Counted from the first letter of the stretch, positions 10,046 through 18,438 are shown. The stretch: 64,000 nt of DNA from Candidatus Tayloriibacteriota bacterium (GCA_009695005.1 SIBU01000003.1:866-64865), one strand, 5' to 3'. Numbers and translations: made by a program. The notes: a model not told the origin generated them from the letters alone.

Positions 10046-10435
10046 GTGGGCGATGCCAACGGAGATGGAACTATAGATGAAGTGGACCTCGGGATGTTAA
10101 AGACCTTGCTCAGCGCGCCCTTTGACTTTGGTTTGGATCCCGGTTGGATAGTGCGTCTGGATGTGTTCCCTGATGGTAAACTTGATGAGTGGGATGTAGC
10201 AGCATTGGAAGCATATCTGAAAGGGTTGTTTCTCACGCTTCCTGTCGGTGACGTAAATTACGATTGGAAACTAACCACAGTGGACATAAAACTTGCACGA
10301 GCGGGAATTCTTGGAACAAGGATCCTAAGGAATTTCCAGGTCCGCCAAGCGGATATCAACGCAAATGGTGGATTAACCACGCTTGACTTAACTCTTATGA
10401 GACGTCTCATCTTGGGTCTCGGTTACAGTCGATGA
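10046..10435 (+). CDS. Tandem double dockerin-type module (129 aa). Either a stand-alone ORF or the detached C-terminus of 8549..10009.
   Basis: First module: GDANGDGTIDEVDLGMLKTLL...DVFPDGKLDEWDVAALEAYLKG. Second module: GDVNYDWKLTTVDIKLARAGILG...ADINANGGLTTLDLTLMRRLILG. GTG start with no signal peptide. Same reading frame as 8549..10009 (10046-8549=1497). Confidence 0.6.
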   Translation: MGDANGDGTIDEVDLGMLKTLLSAPFDFGLDPGWIVRLDVFPDGKLDEWDVAALEAYLKGLFLTLPVGDVNYDWKLTTVDIKLARAGILGTRILRNFQVRQADINANGGLTTLDLTLMRRLILGLGYSR

Positions 10436-10458
10436 CAGACAAAAACTTACAAAACCAA

Positions 10459-10492
10459 ACCGCGAAGACATCCTGTCTTCGCGGTCTTTTTT
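10459..10492. terminator. Bidirectional terminator between the dockerin ORF and fusA
   Basis: 12-bp stem accgcgaagaca / tgtcttcgcggt with a 3-nt loop, followed by cttttttat. Confidence 0.8.
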
Positions 10493-10517
10493 ATACATCT
10501 AAAGCTCTATCTAAAAA

Positions 10518-12656
10518 CTACTTTCTTGCCTCAATAATAGTCTGTGCCACGTTCGCTGGCACCGCTTCATAATGATCAAACTCCATTGTATATCCAGCTC
10601 GTCCTTCAGTCATCGAGCGAAGAGTTGTAATGTAACCGAACATTTCAGCAAGCGGCACTTTGGCGTTGATAACCTTGTTCATACCCCTCTCCCCTACGTC
10701 TTCAATGGCGGCGCGCTTTGAGGATAAATGTCCAGTAACATCTCCCATAAATTTTTCCGGTGTAACTACTTCCACTTTCATAATTGGTTCGAGAATAACT
10801 GGTCGCGCGCGTTTGGCGGCATCTTGAAAAGCTTGAGAGGCGGCAATTTTGTAAGCAATTTCAGACGAGTCGACATCGTGGTAAGAACCGTAAGTAAGTT
10901 CGCAAGAAATATTGGTCAACTTGTAACCAGCGACAATTCCCCTCTCCATTCCCTCTCGAACACCCTTTTCAACGGCAGGAATAAACTCATTTGGAATCAC
11001 ACCTCCCTTGATTGAGTTTACAAATTCGAAATCATCATAACGGCTGACATTTTTCGGGATTTTTTCAGGAGCTGGCTCAAGCGGTTTGATATTTAACTTA
11101 ACGTGGCCGTACTGACCCTTACCTCCGGACTGCTTGATGTATTTGTGTTCAGCCTCAGCTGCACCTTGAATGGTTTCCTTGTAGGCCACTTGAGGTTTTC
11201 CGACGTTCGCTTCCACAGAAAACTCTCGCTTCATGCGGTCCACCATGATTTCAAGTTGAAGTTCTCCCATACCCTTGATAACGGTCTCATTGGTTTCAGC
11301 GTCAGACCAAACTTTAAACGTAGGGTCTTCATCAGTAAGTCGTTTCAAAGCAAAACCCATTTTCTCCTGGTCAGCCTTGGTCTTCGGCTCAATGCGCATG
11401 GAGATAACCGGCTCGGCAAATTTAATCGGGTCCAAAACAATCGGTTTGTCTTCATCACATAGTGTGTGTGAAGTACGGGCATCTTTCAAACCAACAGCGG
11501 CAGCAATTTCTCCCGCATACACTTTCTTCACTTCTTCACGTTCATTGGCCTGAAGACGAACAATACGGCCCAATCGTTCTTTCTTACCCGTCGTTGAGTT
11601 GTAAATGTAACTGCCAGATTCAACGGTTCCGGAATAAACGCGGAAGAAGTTCAATTGGCCTACGAAAGGGTCAGCTTGGAGCTTAAACACGAGCGCTGAA
11701 AACGGCTCGCTATCCAAAGGCTTACGTTCTATCACTTCATTATTGTTTGGATTGACTCCTTTAACCGCGACAATATCCGAGGGAGAAGGAAGGTATTCCA
11801 CAACGGCATCGAGCACGAGCTGAACACCCTTATTTTTCAAAGCAGAACCAGTGAATACAGGGAAAATTTTGTTATCGATAACTGCCTTTCGGAGAGTCCC
11901 TTTCAACACATCAATTGCAATCTCCTTGCCTTCAAGATACTGAGTCATCAAAGAATCCTCGTGTTCGACAATTCGTTCTACGAGTTCGGCGCGATATTTC
12001 TTGGCTTCCTCAAGGTAGTCAGCGGGAATTTCCCCTTCAATAACATTGATACCCTTCTCACCATCAAAGTGATAAGCTTTCATTTTCAAAAGGTCAATGA
12101 CACCCTCATGATGCTCTTCAAGTCCGATAGGGATCTGCATACGAACGGCATTTTTTGAAAGACGCTCAAGGATTGATTTATAAGAAAATTCGAAAGATGC
12201 GCCCATGCGGTCCAACTTATTGATGAAACAAATGCGAGGCACCTTACCCTCTTCTGCATAACGCCAGTTCGTCTCACTCTGAGGCTCGACGCCAGCAACT
12301 CCGTCAAAGACGACGACAGCACCATCGAGTACACGAAGGGAACGCTTCACCTCTACGGTAAAGTCGATGTGTCCTGGGGTATCGATAATATTAAAACGGT
12401 GCTTGAAAGAATTATCTCCCTTCGGCATATAGGTCGGATTCCAAAAACAAGTAATAGCGGCAGCGGTGATAGTAATACCCCGCTCCCTCTCCTGCTCCAT
12501 CCAGTCAGTAGTAGTCTCACCTTCGTGGACTTCACCAATTTTGTGAATCATTCCGGTATAAAACAAAATACGCTCGGAAGTGGTGGTCTTTCCTGCGTCG
12601 ATATGCGCTATAATCCCGAAATTCCTAACTTTATCTAATGGATAATCTCTGTTCAT
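10518..12656 (-). CDS. fusA: Translation elongation factor G
   Basis: 712 aa. G-domain motifs AHIDAGKTT, DTPGHIDF and NKLD are present, with EF-G domains II-V throughout. Confidence 0.97.
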   Translation of the reverse strand: MNRDYPLDKVRNFGIIAHIDAGKTTTSERILFYTGMIHKIGEVHEGETTTDWMEQERERGITITAAAITCFWNPTYMPKGDNSFKHRFNIIDTPGHIDFTVEVKRSLRVLDGAVVVFDGVAGVEPQSETNWRYAEEGKVPRICFINKLDRMGASFEFSYKSILERLSKNAVRMQIPIGLEEHHEGVIDLLKMKAYHFDGEKGINVIEGEIPADYLEEAKKYRAELVERIVEHEDSLMTQYLEGKEIAIDVLKGTLRKAVIDNKIFPVFTGSALKNKGVQLVLDAVVEYLPSPSDIVAVKGVNPNNNEVIERKPLDSEPFSALVFKLQADPFVGQLNFFRVYSGTVESGSYIYNSTTGKKERLGRIVRLQANEREEVKKVYAGEIAAAVGLKDARTSHTLCDEDKPIVLDPIKFAEPVISMRIEPKTKADQEKMGFALKRLTDEDPTFKVWSDAETNETVIKGMGELQLEIMVDRMKREFSVEANVGKPQVAYKETIQGAAEAEHKYIKQSGGKGQYGHVKLNIKPLEPAPEKIPKNVSRYDDFEFVNSIKGGVIPNEFIPAVEKGVREGMERGIVAGYKLTNISCELTYGSYHDVDSSEIAYKIAASQAFQDAAKRARPVILEPIMKVEVVTPEKFMGDVTGHLSSKRAAIEDVGERGMNKVINAKVPLAEMFGYITTLRSMTEGRAGYTMEFDHYEAVPANVAQTIIEARK

Positions 12657-12660
12657 ATAT

Positions 12661-12801
12661 GTTTCGTAATATAAAATTAATTAAGCGCACATTGGGCGAA
12701 AGGGGTCGGGAAAACTGTAGTTTTCCCGTCGAGGAGAGCAGTGAGTCTGCGAGCGTTGAGAACCGTGGGTTCTCAAAGAGCCGTACTCGGCGACGATGGG
12801 T
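12661..12801 (-). other. GC-rich, hairpin-rich ~140-nt spacer between the two copies of the fusA start
   Basis: Hairpins gggaaaac/gttttccc (12708..12727) and ttgagaacc/ggttctcaa (12756..12776). Composition is clearly GC-richer than the flanks. No RNA family recognised. Confidence 0.4.
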
Positions 12802-12855
12802 GCTATAATCCCGAAATTCCTAACTTTATCTAATGGATAATCACGGTTCATATAT
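12802..12855 (-). repeat. Direct duplicate of the fusA 5' end (start codon plus 17 codons)
   Basis: The 54 nt match 12607..12660 with 2 mismatches. The 17 encoded residues MNRDYPLDKVRNFGIIA are identical; the codon changes AGA->CGT and GCG->GCA are both synonymous. The copy opens a 56-codon ORF ending TAA that is in frame with fusA. Confidence 0.85.
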
Positions 12856-12950
12856 AAAACAGATTTAAGATTAATGATTTAAGTAAAAAGAAAAGGCGCC
12901 GATTAGCGTGCCAATACATTAACGTATATTGAGGAAAAAAGCAAAATTCT

Positions 12951-13196
12951 CTAGGCCTTCTGCAATCCAACCTTGGTGCTTATGACTCGCACCTTGTCCT
13001 CAAGATTTTCAATCCTTCTATCGTGAGTATTTACTCTGTATTCGATTCTATCCACCGTTTCTTTTACTTCTTTAATCTCTTCATGAACATTGGCAAATCC
13101 TTTAACCATTTTAGACTCCAAATCTGAAAAACCTCGCTGGGTAATAACAGCCAGTTCCTCAATTTTTTCATCAATTGTTTTTACCTTCTTCGCCAT
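12951..13196 (-). CDS. Small coiled-coil protein (81 aa from MAKKVKT)
   Basis: Heptad-like charged sequence DEKIEELAV...VKETVDRIEYRVNTHDRRIENLEDKV. The ORF-track ORF extends to 13295, but the upstream part looks non-coding. The start is uncertain. Confidence 0.45.
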   Translation of the reverse strand: MAKKVKTIDEKIEELAVITQRGFSDLESKMVKGFANVHEEIKEVKETVDRIEYRVNTHDRRIENLEDKVRVISTKVGLQKA

Positions 13197-13307
13197 TTGT
13201 GAAATTGTACCACGAGCAACATACCTGGACAAAACGGAAAAAGAAAAAGGACCCCGTGAAGGAATCCTTGTGTGGAGTGTTATTGGTAGACTCAACCTCG
13301 CTAGCCC

Positions 13308-14039
13308 TTACTTACGGAAACCAGCAACCCAGCAGTCGCCACGCCCAGGAGTGCCTATGGGCCTCATGACGTATACGCGACGTTTTTCGTCATAACGACG
13401 AAACGAAATGAAACACAATTCTCCATCAGTGCCTTCCCAACAAGTGACGTTGGAAAGGTCATCAGCAAAGGTGGAATCGTCTGCATTTACAGCAATGAGA
13501 GAATACGGGTCGGCGGGTTTAAGTCCTTTCGAATCGTAACATTTCTTGATGTTATCAGAACCTTTGTGTTTAGAAAGGCCGAACCTAAAGAACACAACTT
13601 CAACCTCGTCACCCTCGCCTCTAGGCATGGTCTCAAGCATACTTTTGTCATGGATGTATGGCACATGAACAGTAGTGTCCAGAGCTTCTTGAGGCGTAAG
13701 GCCGCGGTTAACCCTGACTCGACGGGTAATAACAGAACTCTTTGCTTCAACCCGCCGGCGCAACAACGCAAACTGTTCAACCGCGAACTCCGACCGATCC
13801 AGCGCCAGTTGCATAGCTTCAATGTTAAATCCTCCGGAGTGCTTCTCCAACAGATCACGATAATTTGTAACAGCCTTATTGATCAAATCGGTAATAGTAA
13901 CCGGAATAAGGTGATCCTTGTTCCGCAATGCATCAAGAAGTTCTTGACAAGCAATCTCATGCCCGTCGCTCCTGAGTTCCGTGAGCAAATTTCCCATCTT
14001 TTCACGGAGAATTTTGAACTGTTCTTCCTTTTGTTCCAT
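13308..14039 (-). CDS. Hypothetical protein (243 aa), GC-richer orphan
   Basis: ORF-track ORF with a good SD (gaaggatcggtATG). No family recognised. Confidence 0.65.
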   Translation of the reverse strand: MEQKEEQFKILREKMGNLLTELRSDGHEIACQELLDALRNKDHLIPVTITDLINKAVTNYRDLLEKHSGGFNIEAMQLALDRSEFAVEQFALLRRRVEAKSSVITRRVRVNRGLTPQEALDTTVHVPYIHDKSMLETMPRGEGDEVEVVFFRFGLSKHKGSDNIKKCYDSKGLKPADPYSLIAVNADDSTFADDLSNVTCWEGTDGELCFISFRRYDEKRRVYVMRPIGTPGRGDCWVAGFRK

Positions 14040-14283
14040 ACCGATCCTTCATATTAAACTTTAGAGGCAATGTCCCCTGGTATACGCAAAGAATAGCCAT
14101 CTCCGCCTGGAGAACAGACCAGGATTTCAAAGTTCAGCCAGCACAAAGCAAGCGAAAATCCTTACTTATAATGCACTAGAAAGTAAATATGTCAATAGAT
14201 TGTATTCTAATCGGAAAAAAACGGGCTGTCCCGCTTTTTTACTTTTCACTTTACACTTTCAACTTTTAACTACCGAACTACCC

Positions 14284-14351
14284 AGCAAAATGTCTCCCCT
14301 CTCTGTTTGGAAAATGTTTATTCAGTTCGGGACGCTACATTTTGCGACTGG
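14284..14351. repeat. 68-nt repeat, copy 1
   Basis: 62/68 identical by hand alignment to 15459..15526. Contains the 9-nt inverted repeat gcaaaatgt...acattttgc. Confidence 0.8.
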
Positions 14352-14387
14352 GGTTAACAAAGCCTCACCTTACTAAACTTGAAATAT

Positions 14388-14431
14388 AAAAAATAAAACA
14401 GAAACCGCACTAGAGAAAATCCCTAGTGCGG
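14388..14431 (-). terminator. Rho-independent terminator (minus strand)
   Basis: 9-bp stem ccgcactag / ctagtgcgg with a 9-nt loop. On the minus strand it is followed by tttctgttttatttttt. Confidence 0.6.
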
Positions 14432-14741
14432 TGTTAGCGAATTATTTTTAAATTTCTAAGTAAGAGCCTTCGCTTTGATCCCCTTACAGAGCCTGGATTT
14501 TTCACCCACTATTCTACCAGTCCGACGGTAACTTAATATTTACCCGCTTTGGCTTTTGATGGGTTATTCTATCAGGAATAAAAAGTACTATATCCAAAAA
14601 TAGATTAACACAGTTAGCAAAAAAAGCAAGGCCTACCCTCCATTTTGGAATTATCAAAAAAACCAGCTGACTTTTTTTATTTTGTAAAACGTTGAAAAAT
14701 TTTAGCAAGGTTAAGCCTTGCTACGCCCCAACCCTTCTTCC

Positions 14742-15125
14742 CTACTGAATCAAAACAGGTTTGCTTTTTCTTACCAAAATCAACAAAATAATCGGACGAA
14801 TAACTATCTGAACAATCACCTTAAGGGCCGCGAGATTATAATTAAAATAGGCGAACTGGAAGTATCCTGGGAAAAAGGCGGTCACAGCGACTATGGTGTA
14901 AATAAGTCTAGCGACCTCAAACCCCGTAACCAAATTATAAGCTATCTTTTTTCGCTTGAATAAAAAATACACAATCGGTACATAAAATACGACTTGTATG
15001 ATACTTGGTACACTTGAATATGTACTAATTCTGAAACATGCATTTAAAAACGATGAAATTAGAAAAAGGCAGTAGAGAATCTGCAAAATTATGAGACTGA
15101 CGGACATTGAGGAAGAAGTTTTCAT
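14742..15125 (-). CDS. Small polytopic membrane protein (~127 aa from MKTSSS)
   Basis: ORF-track ORF 14742..15161, with four hydrophobic helices. The internal ATG at 15125 avoids overlap with the upstream gene. Confidence 0.5.
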   Translation of the reverse strand: MKTSSSMSVSLIILQILYCLFLISSFLNACFRISTYSSVPSIIQVVFYVPIVYFLFKRKKIAYNLVTGFEVARLIYTIVAVTAFFPGYFQFAYFNYNLAALKVIVQIVIRPIILLILVRKSKPVLIQ

Positions 15126-15132
15126 GAAAACT

Positions 15133-15417
15133 TTATCGACTTTTACTCCAAACCACCGCAAGAAATATCAAGGCTGTCAAAACATAACCGCCCCTCATCT
15201 CCCAGAATGAAGGTTCGGGTATTACACCTGACATTAAATTAATTGCTTCCTCTCGACTAATTTTTTTATCCTCAGATCGTTTATCTCCTAAAACGTGCCA
15301 ACTTAAATGATGAGCTATGGGACAGAAAAAAAAATGAGAATACCGCCAGACAAGAACCAAGACCCTTCCGTCTGAAAGAGTCCATTGCCTAGTTTTTGTA
15401 CCAGAGCCAAATATCAT
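15133..15417 (-). CDS. Hypothetical small protein (94 aa) with a C-terminal TM helix
   Basis: ORF-track ORF. The N-terminus reads IFGSGTKT...YSHFFFCPI and the C-terminus is hydrophobic (GYVLTALIFLAVVW). Confidence 0.45.
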   Translation of the reverse strand: MIFGSGTKTRQWTLSDGRVLVLVWRYSHFFFCPIAHHLSWHVLGDKRSEDKKISREEAINLMSGVIPEPSFWEMRGGYVLTALIFLAVVWSKSR

Positions 15418-15458
15418 TTTATTTTTAGAAATCCACCAGATGACTCCTTAAATTACCG

Positions 15459-15526
15459 AGCAAAACGTTTCCCCTCACTGTTTGGAAAATGTTTATTCAA
15501 CTCGGGACGCTACTTTTTGCGACTGG
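15459..15526. repeat. 68-nt repeat, copy 2 (immediately downstream of rpsG)
   Basis: 62/68 identical to 14284..14351. It starts 27 nt after the rpsG stop codon. Confidence 0.8.
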
Positions 15527-15552
15527 AATTTCTACGCTCTTCGCGCTTAAAA

Positions 15553-16023
15553 TTACCAAGCAAAATGTGCGAATGCTTTGTTGGCTTCCGCCATCTTGTG
15601 AGTATTTTCGCGCTTGCGTACCGCTTCACCTTCGTTCTTTGAGGCAGCGATCAGTTCATCTGCGAGCTTAATATGCATAGGTTTACCCTTCTTACTTCGA
15701 GCGGCTTCGATTATCCAGCGCATCGAAAGAGCGAGACGTCGTTCAGGTCGAACTTCCACAGGCACTTGGTAGTTGGCACCTCCCACTCGGCGAGAGCGAA
15801 CTTCCATAACCGGTCCGGTATTTTTCAAAGCAGTATCAAAAACTTCCATTGGGTTTTCTGTCTTGGTCTTTTCTTTTATTTCATCAAAAGCTCCGTAAAC
15901 AACTGTTCGAGCAACATTCTTCTTACCCGCCATCATCACATAGTTAATAAGCTTCCCGACTTTTTCGGAACTGTATTTTGAATCTGGTTTAACGATATTT
16001 GTCTTTTTATGTTTTCTTCTCAT
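15553..16023 (-). CDS. rpsG: 30S ribosomal protein S7
   Basis: 156 aa. S7-typical motifs: KLINYVMMAGKK, EVRSRRVGGANYQVPVEV and a C-terminal EANKAFAHFAW. Confidence 0.97.
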   Translation of the reverse strand: MRRKHKKTNIVKPDSKYSSEKVGKLINYVMMAGKKNVARTVVYGAFDEIKEKTKTENPMEVFDTALKNTGPVMEVRSRRVGGANYQVPVEVRPERRLALSMRWIIEAARSKKGKPMHIKLADELIAASKNEGEAVRKRENTHKMAEANKAFAHFAW

Positions 16024-16103
16024 GCGATTGATTTTGTTAGCGATGACTTTGAGTGTTACAAAATCTTCGTCCCGAGCCGGTCTGCCGGCGAGGGATTGAA
16101 AAA

Positions 16104-16517
16104 TTATGCCTTCTTTGGTTTCTTCGCCCCATACTGACTGCGTCCTTTCATTCTCTTATCTACACCTGTGGCATCCAATACGCCGCGGACGATTGTGTAT
16201 CGAAGGTTAACATCCTTAACGCGTCCCCCACGAAGCATAACTACTGAGTGTTCTTGAAGTGAGTGGCCAATACCAGGGACATACGCTGTGACTTCCATGC
16301 CGTTAGTCAAACGAACGCGGGCAATCTTTCTGATAGCCGAGTTAGGCTTACGGGGAGTTTTAGTTGTAACTTTGGTGCAAACCCCTCTCTTAAAAGGAGC
16401 GTTGAACATTACTGGGCGATTTTTAAGTACATTGAATGAACGCGTCAAAGCAGGCGTCTTAGATTTTCGCCTTGGTGTGACTCGTCCTCGCTTTATAAGT
16501 TGATTAATCGTCGGCAT
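16104..16517 (-). CDS. rpsL: 30S ribosomal protein S12
   Basis: 137 aa. S12-typical motifs: [28 protein letters not shown] and VRGVLD. Confidence 0.97.
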   Translation of the reverse strand: MPTINQLIKRGRVTPRRKSKTPALTRSFNVLKNRPVMFNAPFKRGVCTKVTTKTPRKPNSAIRKIARVRLTNGMEVTAYVPGIGHSLQEHSVVMLRGGRVKDVNLRYTIVRGVLDATGVDKRMKGRSQYGAKKPKKA

Positions 16518-16584
16518 ACGCTAGTTGGAGTAATGTAATATAAAAGGCCTTAAAAAGCAACCCTCTTTTGATTTTACATTGGTC

Positions 16585-17436
16585 TCAACGATCACCAAAC
16601 ATCCCTTCAGCCAAAAAAGCTTTAAGTTTAGGCAAGTAATTTTGTGCATCCTTAATTCCCATGTCAACACATTCATTAATACGCTTTTTGTCTGTATCCA
16701 AATGGTTTATAAGTGGCAAACAAGAACTTGGTCTTATAATAAAAACGTCCTTATCGTGTTCAATCTCTTTCACAAGCTGGTGACGTCTGTCGGCATATGT
16801 TTCAACAAGATGCATAAGCGGGTGAGGAAACAATCTACGCAACTGATTCCACTTCTTACCGACAAGACCACTTTCTAGATCGTTTAACACAACAACAACG
16901 CGTTCAAACCCTGCCTTTCGTGCCGCCCTAACCGGCAAAGGATCTGAAAGTCCGCCATCAACATAATATGAATCGTGAAGCTTTACTCTTCGGTGAGCCA
17001 GCGGTATTGCGGCCGTCGCGCGGATAGCTTCAAAAATATCTTTTGAATTAACCTGATAGTGCTCGCACTCTCCCGACGGCAAACGAGTGACTGCATAATA
17101 AACTGGCACAGCTCCATTTTTAAAAAGCGCCTCAACTGACAATCGTGTTTTTGGTCTTTTAAATAAACTGACTAAAGATTCTAAATCAAGAATATTGCGG
17201 AAAAAAAATGGATTATAAACATTCACCATCTTTCTACCGTCAACGTGTTTACGCCAAACTCTTTCCATGGCATCAACAGAGCCCGCTGCAAAATACATTC
17301 CAACAATGGCGCCGGAAGATGCCCCAAAAACTGCGTTAAACGACCTAGGACCGATAGTTCGTCCCAATTCAGTCATTACACCTGCGTCGTATGACCCGCA
17401 CATCCCTCCAGAACCAAGTACCAATGCTGTTTTCAT
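16585..17436 (-). CDS. Patatin-like phospholipase
   Basis: GSGGMCGSYDAG (oxyanion GxGxxG), GASSGA (GxSxG nucleophile) and DGGLSDPLP (catalytic DGG). Confidence 0.85.
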   Translation of the reverse strand: MKTALVLGSGGMCGSYDAGVMTELGRTIGPRSFNAVFGASSGAIVGMYFAAGSVDAMERVWRKHVDGRKMVNVYNPFFFRNILDLESLVSLFKRPKTRLSVEALFKNGAVPVYYAVTRLPSGECEHYQVNSKDIFEAIRATAAIPLAHRRVKLHDSYYVDGGLSDPLPVRAARKAGFERVVVVLNDLESGLVGKKWNQLRRLFPHPLMHLVETYADRRHQLVKEIEHDKDVFIIRPSSCLPLINHLDTDKKRINECVDMGIKDAQNYLPKLKAFLAEGMFGDR

Positions 17437-17474
17437 TTATAATTTAACTTGCAAACATTAAACAGAAGTAATTT

Positions 17475-18089
17475 TTACAAACTCACACCTGTAATCAAAT
17501 GAAACAATTTTAAAACTAACGGATCGACGAACTGCCAAACAAAAAAAATAAAAATCAGAATCATCAAGAAAGAATTGCTTTCAAGCCAGTTTTTAATTCC
17601 CACAAAACGATATGGTATAAAACCAAAAAATATTTTGGACCCATCAAGAGGTGGTATAGGAACAAGATTAAAAACAGCCAACAAAAGATTGATTAACACG
17701 AGAGAGGTGGCAATACTAAAAAATGATACCGGCAAAAAAACAAAAGAATCTGAAAAACGAATCACTAACCCAAAAATAATGGCAACAGAAAGATTGGAAG
17801 CTGGACCTGCCGCAGCCACCAAGACCTCCCCCCATCGCTGATTTTTTAAATTATAAGGATTAACCGGCACCGGCTTTGCCCAACCAAAAACCATATGCGG
17901 AGGAATTATCGCAAGTATAAAAGGCACAATAATCGAACCTATCGGATCTATGTGTTTCAAAGGGTTAAGACTTAAACGTCCGGCATATCTGGCAGTTGGA
18001 TCACCCAACGCCTCGGCTGCATAACCATGACAAATCTCATGAATAACTACGGACATAATAAGTAAAATAATTGAGAAAAATGAATCCAT
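17475..18089 (-). CDS. Site-2 protease family (peptidase M50) membrane metalloprotease
   Basis: 204 aa and polytopic. HEICHGYAA (HExxH) lies in the first helix and PPLDGSK occurs later. Confidence 0.8.
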   Translation of the reverse strand: MDSFFSIILLIMSVVIHEICHGYAAEALGDPTARYAGRLSLNPLKHIDPIGSIIVPFILAIIPPHMVFGWAKPVPVNPYNLKNQRWGEVLVAAAGPASNLSVAIIFGLVIRFSDSFVFLPVSFFSIATSLVLINLLLAVFNLVPIPPLDGSKIFFGFIPYRFVGIKNWLESNSFLMILIFIFFVWQFVDPLVLKLFHLITGVSL

Positions 18090-18117
18090 TTGCGTATTTT
18101 ACATTATTTGTGCTAAT

Positions 18118-18369
18118 ATGGCGAAACTTATGAAAACCTGTCCGATAACAAAAAAAGGTTCGCAAGTAGGCGGAGGCTACAGCAACCGCACTCGCGCCCA
18201 ACAATTCAACCCAACAGGCATGGTTAGGAAATTTCCTAATCTCCAGAAAAAAAGGATTTATATTCCTGAACTCAAAAAATCAATCCGCCTTACTCTTTCA
18301 ACCGAGGCTATCAAAACCATCAACAAGAACGGTGCATATAACACCCTAAAAAAGGCTGGGCTTATCTAA
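18118..18369 (+). CDS. rpmB: 50S ribosomal protein L28
   Basis: 83 aa. CPITKKG...FPNLQKKRIYIPELKKSIRLTLSTEAIKTINKNG matches the L28 pattern (C-x-TGK, PNLQ, alrti-kkG). Confidence 0.75.
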   Translation: MAKLMKTCPITKKGSQVGGGYSNRTRAQQFNPTGMVRKFPNLQKKRIYIPELKKSIRLTLSTEAIKTINKNGAYNTLKKAGLI

Positions 18370-18394
18370 ATAGAATTAAGATTCAAAAATTTAA

Positions 18395-18438
18395 AAAGAA
18401 TACCCGCCTTGCGCTTTAGCGCAAGGCGGGTATTCTTT
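18395..18438 (+). terminator. Very strong hairpin/terminator after rpmB, ending 7 nt before the yhhQ-like start
   Basis: Perfect 20-bp stem aaagaatacccgccttgcgc / gcgcaaggcgggtattcttt with the loop ttta. Confidence 0.7.

Noticed and set aside
12661-12801. The GC-rich spacer as a tRNA, group II intron domain V or other known RNA
   Set aside because: There is no cloverleaf and no T-loop (GTTCGAATC-like) motif. The gagccgtac string has no complementary partner on the same strand, and no closing stem was found. It is left as an unclassified structured element.
14514-14708. 64-aa ORF in the long non-coding stretch of the str-operon insert
   Set aside because: It has no SD and a low-complexity hydrophobic/basic sequence, and it lies between terminator-like hairpins. 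The support is insufficient to call it.
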